A stretch of DNA of 64,000 nucleotides from Candidatus Micrarchaeia archaeon. GTDB taxonomy: Archaea; Micrarchaeota; Micrarchaeia; Anstonellales; J096. The notes under the pieces are model-generated. The model was not told the origin of the DNA, did not search any database, and was given only the letters and a program-made list of their open reading frames with translations. Location of the stretch: the NCBI GenBank assembly GCA_041500865.1, contig JBGQMY010000003.1, positions 11,333-75,332 of the forward strand. The letters are read 5' to 3'. Of this stretch, positions 27,159-36,794 are shown piece by piece. The translations under genes were made by a program, and so were the position numbers. Each line of letters opens with the position of its first letter. The stretch's first letter is position 1.

Positions 27159-27668
27159 ATGGAGCTGGATGAGAGCGTTTCAAGGTTTCCCTCAATCGGA
27201 AGGGAGGGGTTTGAGCTTTTTGCGCTTTGCGCGATTGCGGTCTTTGCGCCGATGCTGGTTACGCAGCAGCTATTGCTTGGAACGATAGTCAACGCAACGC
27301 TGGTATTTTCAGCATTGAGGATAAGCGGGCCAAAGGCATATGTTCCTGCGTTCATACCTTCCATAATCACTGTCATGATGGGGTTAGTGCTTGGCCAGCC
27401 TGCTGCCGCGGTCGCTGCCATGCTGCCGTTCATATGGCTCGGCAACGCAACCCTCATGTTCATAATGAGGAAAGTGAAGGATGCATACTGGAAGGCCATT
27501 GCTGCCGCGGCTGCAACAAAGGCGGCCATGCTTTTCGCGTCCTCGCTAATCCTGGTTTACTTCGCAGGCCTGCCTGCGCAAATCCTTGCGGCGTTCGGGA
27601 TGATTCAATTCGTTACTGCAATGCTGGGCGGCGCGCTGGCATACGCAATGATAAAGGCCAAAAATTAA
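27159..27668 (+). CDS. Membrane protein (ECF S-component-like)
   Basis: QQLLLGTIVNA, LPFIWLGN, QFVTAMLGG; 5-6 TM. Confidence 0.6.
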   Translation: MELDESVSRFPSIGREGFELFALCAIAVFAPMLVTQQLLLGTIVNATLVFSALRISGPKAYVPAFIPSIITVMMGLVLGQPAAAVAAMLPFIWLGNATLMFIMRKVKDAYWKAIAAAAATKAAMLFASSLILVYFAGLPAQILAAFGMIQFVTAMLGGALAYAMIKAKN

Positions 27669-27670
27669 GC

Positions 27671-28309
27671 TCAGTTGTTCCTTGCCATGCCGACCCTTGT
27701 GCTGATGCTGCTGGCAACAGAGCGGAACAGGTCAGCCCTTCCGCCTTTGCAAAGCGACGCCACCGACATGAGGGATTCCGCAAGCACGCCTGCCATGTAT
27801 GCGTCAACCGCCTCCTTTTCCAGCCTGGAGGTCTCATTGAAGACATGCGAGTCGTCGCCGTGCTCAACAAGCGCAAGCACTGCCGCCTCTGTGCGCTCCT
27901 GGTATGCCAATATCGGAACGAACTCCTTCCCGTGCGGGTGCGACCCCATTGCAGATGCTGCGGCCTTTTTCAGGCTTATGTTGGACGTCGCCTTTGCAAG
28001 CGTCTTTGCGAAAATAAGGGCCTGCGGCATTTCCCAACAGGATAATGCTGCCGCAATGATCTCCATCCCCGCGTCTCCGGAGGCGAGCATTTTTGCCAGC
28101 AATAGCGGACTATTGAACGGGGTATGTTCGTCTACGGGCCGGCGCATTAAGATTGTCTCGGATGGCCCTTGTACCAGGAAAAACGAACGCTTGGGCGAGG
28201 TATTTTCGTGTACGAACGGGGACTTTATCGCGCCAAATTTGCCAAGCCTTTTCAGCTCTCTCTTCCTTTCATTGGTGGGGATGTCTACAAACGTTTTGGT
28301 TTCTGCCAT
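27671..28309 (-). CDS. Hypothetical protein
   Basis: 212-aa ORF with GGTGA upstream. Confidence 0.55.
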   Translation of the reverse strand: MAETKTFVDIPTNERKRELKRLGKFGAIKSPFVHENTSPKRSFFLVQGPSETILMRRPVDEHTPFNSPLLLAKMLASGDAGMEIIAAALSCWEMPQALIFAKTLAKATSNISLKKAAASAMGSHPHGKEFVPILAYQERTEAAVLALVEHGDDSHVFNETSRLEKEAVDAYMAGVLAESLMSVASLCKGGRADLFRSVASSISTRVGMARNN

Positions 28310-28369
28310 CGGATTTCACCTATATACGCTAATACTTCCAAAGAAGTGTTTAAAAATGTATCATTGTGT

Positions 28370-29461
28370 TCATTCTTTCTTGGCGTTCTGCAGGAACGCG
28401 AAGCAGCTTGCGCCCTGCAAACTCGTGAAGAAAAGCGGGTCCAGCATCTTTATGGATTTGAGTTCTGCAGGCGTCCTTTCCTTGCTTTTTTCCGCAGCCT
28501 TCCTCATGGCCTCAGCCCTTGTCCTTATTGTGTCAGTGCCGGCTTTCGGGACCGGCTGGCCAGGGCCGCCGACGCACCCATACGTGCACATCATCACTTC
28601 AATAAAATGGTATGTGGAGCCTGACCTTATCTTCTCAAGCAGCCTTTCCAGCGAAGGAAAGCCATAAACGACGGCTGCGCGCACCTCGTGCTTCCCTATC
28701 TTGAACGTATACTCCCTCATGCTCTCATCATGCCTCAGCTCGAGCAGCTCCTTTTTCTCGCCCATGTATGCCGCAACAGTAGTCAACAGGGCCTCGGTCA
28801 CGCCTCCTGTCGCCCCAAAAATGACGCCGTCCTTCGAAGGAACGCTTATCTCCGTTATCGCACTTTCCTTCATGTTGGCGATGTTGAGCCCTTCCGACCT
28901 TGCCCATTCGCCTAGCTCCCTGGTCGTGACAACGTAATCGGTGTATTTCAGGCCGTTCTGCATCTTAAACTGCGCTTCGTGCTTCTTTAATGTGCACGGC
29001 ATTATGCCGACAACGGCTATGTTCTCTGGGGTGCGCCCCCATTCCTTTGAGAAGAACAGCTTTGAGACCGCGCCTGCCATCATCATTGGCGTCACGATCT
29101 TGGATATCCTTGGAAGCAGCTCCGGGTGCCTTTTTTCCGCATACTCCCTCCAGCCCACGCAGCAGGAGTTGAAGACCGGGAACGCGCCTGCATCCCCTTT
29201 CTCAAGCATGCCGATGAACTCCTTTGCCTCAATGTAGACAATAACGTCCGCGCCGAATGACGTGTCAATGACCTCGTCAAAGCCGAGCGCCCTTAGGAGG
29301 GAGACAAGCTTTCCCGTAAGCTCGGTGCCAGGGGCGAAGCCGAACTCCTCGCCTATGCTGACGCGCATTGCAGGCGCAATCTGCGCAACCAGGTACTTGC
29401 CTTTCTTTTTCTCCTCCCTAAGAGCCTCAAAAAGCCCCTTGCCCGAAAGGTCCATGCTCAA
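28370..29461 (-). CDS. Minimal monomeric [FeFe]-hydrogenase (H-domain only)
   Basis: QIAPAMRV; L1 NSCCVGW, L2 MPCTLKKHE, L3 EVMMCTYGCVGGPGQP. Confidence 0.88.
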   Translation of the reverse strand: MSMDLSGKGLFEALREEKKKGKYLVAQIAPAMRVSIGEEFGFAPGTELTGKLVSLLRALGFDEVIDTSFGADVIVYIEAKEFIGMLEKGDAGAFPVFNSCCVGWREYAEKRHPELLPRISKIVTPMMMAGAVSKLFFSKEWGRTPENIAVVGIMPCTLKKHEAQFKMQNGLKYTDYVVTTRELGEWARSEGLNIANMKESAITEISVPSKDGVIFGATGGVTEALLTTVAAYMGEKKELLELRHDESMREYTFKIGKHEVRAAVVYGFPSLERLLEKIRSGSTYHFIEVMMCTYGCVGGPGQPVPKAGTDTIRTRAEAMRKAAEKSKERTPAELKSIKMLDPLFFTSLQGASCFAFLQNAKKE

Positions 29462-29505
29462 GTTTCCGCCATATGCGTTTTAATGCTTTCTGCCAATATC
29501 AAAGC

Positions 29506-29898
29506 ATGGACGCCGGCGCATTCAAGAGATATATGGAGGAAAGGTTCGGCATAAGGCAAAGCGGAACCGTCTTTGAGGACAGGAACGGCATGGTCAGGGT
29601 GTTCTCAAAACAGATTATGTCATCGCCGATAAGGGGAAGCAGGGGGTTCCCGGCATATGACATGGCGACGACCCATTATTTCTCCACGATGTTCGGGCAT
29701 CTTGCCATGCGCAACTTCGTTGAATTGAAAAAGGAGGATGCCGAGGCGCTTGTCTCGGGCAAGGAAATTAAGCTGGGCCTTTCGGACGGAGAATACATTG
29801 GAAGGCTGAATGAAAGGGGCATATGCACCATTGAAATTGAAAAGGGCATTGCAAGGGCGCACCTTCCCAAGCTGCTGAAGAGAAACAAAAAAGAATGA
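29506..29898 (+). CDS. PUA/Nip7-like protein
   Basis: FGHLAMRNFVEL..AEALVSGK; paralog of 49829-50254. Confidence 0.55.
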   Translation: MDAGAFKRYMEERFGIRQSGTVFEDRNGMVRVFSKQIMSSPIRGSRGFPAYDMATTHYFSTMFGHLAMRNFVELKKEDAEALVSGKEIKLGLSDGEYIGRLNERGICTIEIEKGIARAHLPKLLKRNKKE

Positions 29899-29902
29899 GG
29901 AA

Positions 29903-30157
29903 TTACTGGATGAGCTCGCCTGTCGCGAAGTTCCTGCCTATCCTTGATATCCTTATCATGTACTTCTGGCCGACCTCGGTCTCGCCCTTTACGAATATTA
30001 CATAGCCGCTTATCTTGGCCACGCCGTCGCCGCTCTTTCCCTTGCCTTCTATCGTGACCTCGAGCTCCTGGCCGACTTCCACCGGCTTTGCGCCGTAGTC
30101 CCTTGGCCCTGCGCCTTCCTCGCTCCCCATTCCTGCTTCTTCATCCATGACATCCAC
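29903..30157 (-). CDS. TRAM-domain protein
   Basis: PVEVGQELEVTIEGKGKSGDGVAKISGYVIFV. Confidence 0.9.
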   Translation of the reverse strand: MDVMDEEAGMGSEEGAGPRDYGAKPVEVGQELEVTIEGKGKSGDGVAKISGYVIFVKGETEVGQKYMIRISRIGRNFATGELIQ

Positions 30158-30282
30158 CTTTCCAAGACTTTGAAAAACAAGGGAGGGAAAGGTTTTTAAT
30201 CAATTTCTTTTTCTGCTGCCTGTTGGAACATGCAACACAAAAAAGCCTGGCATTTGGAAATGCAAATACTGGCGGTTTCCTG

Positions 30283-31245
30283 CTACCCTTTTCCCGCAAG
30301 CATGAACTGGGCCAGCAGCGCGTCTATCTGTATCCTTTCGTTCGCGCCTTCAGCTATCCTGAAGTTGTATTCGCCTATCCTGTCTATCAAGGAGACTTTC
30401 AGCCTCTCGTCTATCTCCAGGGAAGGCAGCTCCTTGTAGAACTGTATGACGATGTCCTCCCCGCTGAGCCCGTATTTTATCATCATCTGCTCGACTTCCT
30501 TCCTGGCCTCCTGGAACTTCCCTGCAAGCGCCAGCTTCATTGCCTTCCGGACAGCCTCCGGCTGTGCCGTGTTGCCGATGCTGAACACAAGCTCCGCGTC
30601 TATCTTCTTTGCGTGAAAGGACGCGCCCTGCATGACGTTTATGGCCTTCCTGAGGTCCCCTTCCGAAACGTAGAATATGGCGTCTTTCCCGTCTTCAGTC
30701 ACTTCAATGCCCTCGCCTTCCTCAACCCGCTTTACCATTGAAAAGACGTCCTCCCTCTTCAATTGCAGAAAGCGGAATACGGCGCACCTGCTCTGTATCG
30801 GCTCTATTATCTTGCTGGAATAGTTACAACTGAGGATGAACCTCGTCACGTCGGAATAAATCTCCATCGTCCTCCTCAGGGCCTGCTGCGCGTCGCTCGT
30901 CAACGCGTCAGCCTCGTCAAGGAAGATGATTTTGAACCCTATCTTGTTCGTCCCGATGCTGCGCGCGAACTCCTTTATCTTTCCCCTTACGACATCTATG
31001 CCCCTCTCGTCGCTCGCGTTGAGCTCAAGAAAATTGCCCCTGGCATCCTCGCCGTAAAGCTCGTGCGCCATGGCTATGGCCATCGTGGTTTTTCCTACGC
31101 CCGGAGGCCCTGCGAACATCAGGTGCGGGAGCGTCCTTTTCTTTACAAGGGACGCAAGCGCCTCCCTCACATGGGACTGGCCTATGACGTCCTTTATTGT
31201 TTTTGGCCTGTACTTCTCGGTCCATGGAAGGAATTCACCGTGCAT
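30283..31245 (-). CDS. rfcS: Replication factor C small subunit
   Basis: WTEKYRP, GPPGVGKT, LELNASDERG, DEAD, SRC. Confidence 0.97.
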   Translation of the reverse strand: MHGEFLPWTEKYRPKTIKDVIGQSHVREALASLVKKRTLPHLMFAGPPGVGKTTMAIAMAHELYGEDARGNFLELNASDERGIDVVRGKIKEFARSIGTNKIGFKIIFLDEADALTSDAQQALRRTMEIYSDVTRFILSCNYSSKIIEPIQSRCAVFRFLQLKREDVFSMVKRVEEGEGIEVTEDGKDAIFYVSEGDLRKAINVMQGASFHAKKIDAELVFSIGNTAQPEAVRKAMKLALAGKFQEARKEVEQMMIKYGLSGEDIVIQFYKELPSLEIDERLKVSLIDRIGEYNFRIAEGANERIQIDALLAQFMLAGKG

Positions 31246-31343
31246 GGCTGTGATATGGGAAGCGGGGTTTTAAAAGCTTTTTAAATACAGAAATCAACTC
31301 AAACAACCACATTTTTAATACCTTCCATATATAGCCTTTAAAT

Positions 31344-34300
31344 ATGGCAGCCCTCAAAAACAAGCTACGAAGAGCAGTCGTCTACACGATGATTGCCGCT
31401 AACGCCGGTAATGCGAGCCCGGCATGGCTGCCGCGACATGAAAGATTGGGTGAAACAATGGCTGAAACAACCGTGAAGGGCGTTGAAAAGAAGGACGAGG
31501 ATGCCAGGCTCAAGAAGGGCGCGAAAATGCTTTATGACACGTACAAGAAGCTGTATCCCAAGGTCGATGAGAAACAATACTACATGTACCTTACGGCTTT
31601 CGGCAAAAAGCTGAACATATACAACGTGGAGGCCTTTAACACAAGCATCGGGGACGTAAGGAACATAGGGAATGGCCAGATGACCTTCATGGCGATAAAA
31701 GAACTTGAAAGGCAGCGCTTGGAGAAGAAGGAGGCTGAAAGCTCCGGAAAGAGCTTTGTCCAGATGCAGAAGGAAAAAGAAACAAGGAGAGCGGAAACTG
31801 CCGGGCAAAGGGCAAAGAAAAGGGAGGCAGTCAAAGAAGAAGTTAGTAAGGTGATTACAGGCGGCGAGATAACGCCAGAGACCAAGCCTGCAAAGGTAAC
31901 GGCTCCGGCCGTCATTGCCGGAAAAGGCATATTCGGGCAGACGCAAGGCGTTTTCCAGACGGAACAGAACGTCCTCAAAGGAAGCGACGGCAACGCAATG
32001 CTTGACAGCAGGGGCGCGGTCCAATACGCATATCCTTCAAACATGGCGTCGCTGCAGTCGCTTGGAGTGGTAGATTACAGCGCGCTGAAGGAAGCCACGG
32101 GAAATGATTTCATCGACCAGCTCAGGAAGAGCGAGGCAAAGGGCGGAACGGTCGAAGAAAGGGGCCAGAGGAGCTTCGAGACAACGGCAAGGATGATAGG
32201 CGCGATAGTGCTTTACAACTCATTCGCATTCGCGGACAAGGCCGGGACAGTCAAGAAAAACCAGCTGAAGGATTATTGCGGCGACGACGGATACGCGGAA
32301 AACCTCGGGCGCGTGCTTTCGGCAAAGCCGCTGAGGAACCAGGGGCAGTTCATAGGCGAAGTGACGTCATTCATAGGGGCATACGTAAAGAACGGAAAGC
32401 TGACCGAGATAAACGGGGAAGGCAAGGACGAGAAGGGCAAGTCCAACGTGGGCATGTATGTCTATTCAATAGCCGCAATCGGCTCCGCATACACGCAGCG
32501 CGTGATAGGCGAAACGTTCGAGAGCCAGATGTCGTACCTCCAGGAAAGGAAGAAGGCCGCGGAGACGCAGAAGGCGGGGCTGGAAGGCCAGGTCAAGGAA
32601 GAGGCAAAGAGGCCCGCTGCCGCGCAGAGAGCCAAAAAATTGGCAGGTGAGGACGCGGAGACGCAGCTGAAAAAGGCTGATGCAGAAATACAGAGCATAA
32701 CCGACATGACGGACAGCATCAGCAGCTACAGCTGGTACTACAAGAAGCCCATGACCGTGTCCGAGCTTTACAAAAGGCACAGGGACGAGGACAGGAAAAG
32801 GCTGACAAGCCTGAACGACTATGTCGGGGGCCTAAACATACCGCAAAGGATAAAGAGGCCGTTCCAGGACGCGCTTGAAAACGAAAAGACGCAGATGGTG
32901 CTGCTCCAGATGGCCATAGAGGAGGCAAACCCCGAAGGGAGGATGACGCTTGCGGAGCTCAGGGAAAAAGGCAACATCTGGAGAAACTACAAGACGCTTG
33001 TCACGCACAAACTCAAGGAGATAGCGACTTACAAGCTCAACAAGGGCCAAAGACTGATTTACGTGATGCTCAACAACAGGTACGGGGACCTCGTTGATGC
33101 CATAGAGGCAAAGCTGGGGCCTGAGGAGACGGCCAGGTTCATAGTGGACCTTGCAGACCCGTCGCAGGCAAAGAAGCAGGGCATGAGCTACGACGACTAC
33201 ATAAGGGCCACGCTCAAGGATAAATGGATAAATGGAGGCATTTCCCCTGTAAAGGATGCAAAGGGCAGCATCCTAAAGGACCCAAGGGGCAACGTCATAA
33301 AAAGAGGCAGAAGCTGCCTTGATGATTACAGGAGCGGGTTCAACAGCAGCTACGGGCAAAAATCCGGCAGCCTGGACAGCCAAAGGTTTCCGGACAAGCT
33401 GGTTGCGTCGCTTGTCATAGACCACAGGATAACGCAGGCGGAGCTGGACTTCCTGATTGCGAACAGGGGCGACATGAAGCCGGAGGAGGCGCTCAACGCA
33501 TTCAACGCCAAGCTCAACGACGCAAAGAAGAATTTCAACGAGAAGTCATATTCCACGGTAAAGCGCATGGTGGACGAGGCGCAGGGTCTCATAGGGTTTG
33601 ACAAGGCGTATTATGAGGAGTTCAGGGACATAATACTTGTGAGGCTGGCCTTGATAGACATGACAAACCGGGCAACCCAGCGCACGTCAAGCCTTACGCT
33701 GGACGGAATAATTGAAGGCAACCTGTCCGGGGTCAGGGCATTCGGGGCAAAGACGGCGGCGCTCGTTGCCAAGGTTGACGAGATTGCGCCTTTGGAGAAG
33801 ATGCCGGACAACATAACCGGCGACGCCAAAGGGGTGCTGCTCCAGAGGGCGCGCACGCAGAGAATCAACGCGTACATAGAGCTTTTCAACAACGAGTTCT
33901 TCACGCTGAACGATGAAAGATATACCAAGATAACGGTGCAGAGGCTGAACGACTTCAAGCTCAGGCTTGACACGTGGGAGGAGGTGCTCAAAACGATGAA
34001 GGAGGACGACCCGTACCACATCGCGAAGGACACTGTGCTCAGGGCCGGATGCATCCGGACGCTTGAGTCCATGAAGCAAAGGCTTGACGCAATCATGAAG
34101 GAGGTCGGCGACAAAGGCATTGACCTGAGCGAAATAAAGGACCCTGGCGACAGGTTCCTGCTGGACCTTGTCATAAACGGAAGGGTCATCATCGCAGGAA
34201 TCAACGGGTTCAGGTATTACGACAACGTCGCAACCGTGGACAGGCAGGGCTTCATACCCGTGATATTCTACTTCCTGAACAACATACAGCTCAACGCCGA

Positions 34301-36794
34301 GGAGAACAGGTCGTACCTTGACCATGTGCTCAAAATGCCGGAAGGCAATGGCATAGACGTGTGGGAAGCGCCTGAAACAATAGCGCAGCAGCTGGAGACG
34401 GAAAGGAGCAACCGCATAGAAAACATGAGGTCGGAAGGCTGGAAGACGATAATGGGAAGCAGCGACAAGGCAACCGAGATGTACAGGATGCTGGGGTTCC
34501 AGCAGGCGTATGACTATTACTCCTCCTACCTGAAAAAGAACAAGGACAGCACATACGATTACAGCGACGCATCAGCCCTTGACGCTGAGCTGGAGCGGAT
34601 TTTCGGAAAGGACATGCTCGACAACGTGAACCTGTCTGTAAAGTTCGCCATGAACATGTACACACCCAATAGGAATGTCTCCAAATACGACCTTGACAGG
34701 CTGTCTACCCGGTTCAAGATGGTCCTGGCATCCAACCTTGTCCTGGAGGCGCCGTACTACGACTTGAGCAACACGGCAAAGCAGGGCTCCAAGAGCATTC
34801 CCGTTTCCGTGACAAAGAAGGACGGGGCAAAGGAGAGTGTCAATATCCAGTACCACGACAACATGGTGCAGAGATGGATAGAGGGCTACCGCAGCGCAAG
34901 GATTGGCGGGATATCCGTTGACAAGGACATGATTGAGGGCTTCATAGGCAGCATAGCGCAATGCAAATGGGCAGCGACGCTCAAGCCTGGCCAGTATTCC
35001 ATAACGTTCGAGAACGACCTGCACGAATTGAGGTCTTTCGACGTCACGGTAAGCAAGGTCGGTGGCGACATGAAAGGCGCGGCAGCCAACATAAAGATAG
35101 AGCCGATGTCCACGCTTGAGGACCTGCTGAAGACGCCCGGCGGATTCAGGGCGTACGAGGGCGACAGGATAGTCATGAGGAACAAGGCCGACAACAGCGT
35201 GGCGCTGGCAACAAAGTCCAATTTCGGGGTTTTGATGGTGGCGAGCGCAAAGGTCGGCGGAAGGGGATTCGAGAATGCCGTAAACCAGGTGTCGCTGATG
35301 AACGACAACCTCGTGCCTGACGGAAGGCTTGAGGAGGGAACGCAGCCCGCATCGTTCTGGACAGGGCTGTACTTTGCCGTTACGAAGAAGGAGGCCATGT
35401 CATTCATCTCAAACAGGCAGATGGCGCTGTACGACATCGCGGCGACCTTCAGGCCAATCCGCGACATCAGGCCCGAGGTGCCTGTCAAGGTGACAAAAGT
35501 CCTTGGCAAGGAAACGCTGGACTTTGCGGCGCTCATAGGCGCCCCAAGCGATGCCGGAATATCCACCACGTGGGTGGATGCCGGCGGAGCGGTGCACAAC
35601 TGGTTCTCGGAGATGGCTGAAGGAAAACTGACAATAGACGAGAATGGGAACCTTTCTGCGCAGATAATGTCAAGGGCGACAGGAACGCAGCTCATGCTCG
35701 GCGAGCTCAAAACGGAGCTTGACAGGCTTGGCTACACCGACGGCACGCCGCAAAGGGCCATCATACTGCAGCACCTGTTCGGCACAGGGCCGTACAACGA
35801 CAACATGGTAATCGAGGTCGTGGCGACCCAGCAGGGCAACAGGATATTCATAGTGACTAAAGGCGCGCAGAACATGGCACAGGCGGAGATAGGCATTGAA
35901 ATAGACAGGCAGACCATATCGGAAATGAGGTACGGATACCTCACCGACAGGCTAAGGCTCTTCATAGCGACGCAGACGCAGCTGAAGCTCGGGAACGAGA
36001 TAATAAACGTAAGGGTTGAGCTTGGGAAGACCGCAGCCGATTTCCAAAGCATGAAGAGGTTCAAGGACATCAAGACTGCGATAGTGAACGCATACCTCAG
36101 CTCGAACATATTCGGCGCGGGATGGAGCACGGTGCTTTCTGAAAGCGGGAATGCGGTGACAGTGCAGCCGTACCTTGTGGCTTACCTGGAGCACATGATG
36201 CCCAACGACCTGCAGAGGATAATCGAGACCGGCGGCGGAGTTTCCGGAATCCTGGAGACCGCAAATGCGGAATTCGGCGCCACCCCGCAGCTGACAGGCA
36301 TAACAGTCGGGCAAGGGGGGGACTGGATGGTAACCCCGAGCCTGAACCTGTACCAGAGATGGTTCACGGGAAGGCATTTTGACCTGTACCAGAGCGCTTC
36401 GGTGCACTACAGGTTCCCCACAGCCGGTCTCGTGGACAGGGTAAGCAAGGGGCATCTTGGGGGAACCTGGGGGGGTGGGGGGAACCTCGGATTCGACTAC
36501 ATAATAGACAGGAACTGGAGGATGGGCCTTGGCGGAGGGTATGAATACGCCCCAATCTCCATACAGGCGCCTGTAAGCGTGTTCAGCTCCAGCGCCAGCA
36601 TATCGTTCAGGAACAGGCTTTCGCTTGAGGTGATGGCCAACTACCAGCTGGACAAGGACTGGGGAACGGAGAACCTGCCTGTGCTGGGCCGCGGAGTCGT
36701 CGCAGGCAAGGCCGCGCTTGTCTACAACATCGGAAGGCTTGACTTCACCCCAAAGGAAAAGGGAACAGCAGCGAAGAAGGGCGGTAAGAAATGA
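31344..36794 (+). CDS. Giant 1816-aa hypothetical protein with beta-strand-rich C-terminus
   Basis: Uninterrupted ORF; charged helical N-half; Gly/aromatic alternating strands in the last ~270 aa. Confidence 0.85.
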   Translation: MAALKNKLRRAVVYTMIAANAGNASPAWLPRHERLGETMAETTVKGVEKKDEDARLKKGAKMLYDTYKKLYPKVDEKQYYMYLTAFGKKLNIYNVEAFNTSIGDVRNIGNGQMTFMAIKELERQRLEKKEAESSGKSFVQMQKEKETRRAETAGQRAKKREAVKEEVSKVITGGEITPETKPAKVTAPAVIAGKGIFGQTQGVFQTEQNVLKGSDGNAMLDSRGAVQYAYPSNMASLQSLGVVDYSALKEATGNDFIDQLRKSEAKGGTVEERGQRSFETTARMIGAIVLYNSFAFADKAGTVKKNQLKDYCGDDGYAENLGRVLSAKPLRNQGQFIGEVTSFIGAYVKNGKLTEINGEGKDEKGKSNVGMYVYSIAAIGSAYTQRVIGETFESQMSYLQERKKAAETQKAGLEGQVKEEAKRPAAAQRAKKLAGEDAETQLKKADAEIQSITDMTDSISSYSWYYKKPMTVSELYKRHRDEDRKRLTSLNDYVGGLNIPQRIKRPFQDALENEKTQMVLLQMAIEEANPEGRMTLAELREKGNIWRNYKTLVTHKLKEIATYKLNKGQRLIYVMLNNRYGDLVDAIEAKLGPEETARFIVDLADPSQAKKQGMSYDDYIRATLKDKWINGGISPVKDAKGSILKDPRGNVIKRGRSCLDDYRSGFNSSYGQKSGSLDSQRFPDKLVASLVIDHRITQAELDFLIANRGDMKPEEALNAFNAKLNDAKKNFNEKSYSTVKRMVDEAQGLIGFDKAYYEEFRDIILVRLALIDMTNRATQRTSSLTLDGIIEGNLSGVRAFGAKTAALVAKVDEIAPLEKMPDNITGDAKGVLLQRARTQRINAYIELFNNEFFTLNDERYTKITVQRLNDFKLRLDTWEEVLKTMKEDDPYHIAKDTVLRAGCIRTLESMKQRLDAIMKEVGDKGIDLSEIKDPGDRFLLDLVINGRVIIAGINGFRYYDNVATVDRQGFIPVIFYFLNNIQLNAEENRSYLDHVLKMPEGNGIDVWEAPETIAQQLETERSNRIENMRSEGWKTIMGSSDKATEMYRMLGFQQAYDYYSSYLKKNKDSTYDYSDASALDAELERIFGKDMLDNVNLSVKFAMNMYTPNRNVSKYDLDRLSTRFKMVLASNLVLEAPYYDLSNTAKQGSKSIPVSVTKKDGAKESVNIQYHDNMVQRWIEGYRSARIGGISVDKDMIEGFIGSIAQCKWAATLKPGQYSITFENDLHELRSFDVTVSKVGGDMKGAAANIKIEPMSTLEDLLKTPGGFRAYEGDRIVMRNKADNSVALATKSNFGVLMVASAKVGGRGFENAVNQVSLMNDNLVPDGRLEEGTQPASFWTGLYFAVTKKEAMSFISNRQMALYDIAATFRPIRDIRPEVPVKVTKVLGKETLDFAALIGAPSDAGISTTWVDAGGAVHNWFSEMAEGKLTIDENGNLSAQIMSRATGTQLMLGELKTELDRLGYTDGTPQRAIILQHLFGTGPYNDNMVIEVVATQQGNRIFIVTKGAQNMAQAEIGIEIDRQTISEMRYGYLTDRLRLFIATQTQLKLGNEIINVRVELGKTAADFQSMKRFKDIKTAIVNAYLSSNIFGAGWSTVLSESGNAVTVQPYLVAYLEHMMPNDLQRIIETGGGVSGILETANAEFGATPQLTGITVGQGGDWMVTPSLNLYQRWFTGRHFDLYQSASVHYRFPTAGLVDRVSKGHLGGTWGGGGNLGFDYIIDRNWRMGLGGGYEYAPISIQAPVSVFSSSASISFRNRLSLEVMANYQLDKDWGTENLPVLGRGVVAGKAALVYNIGRLDFTPKEKGTAAKKGGKK

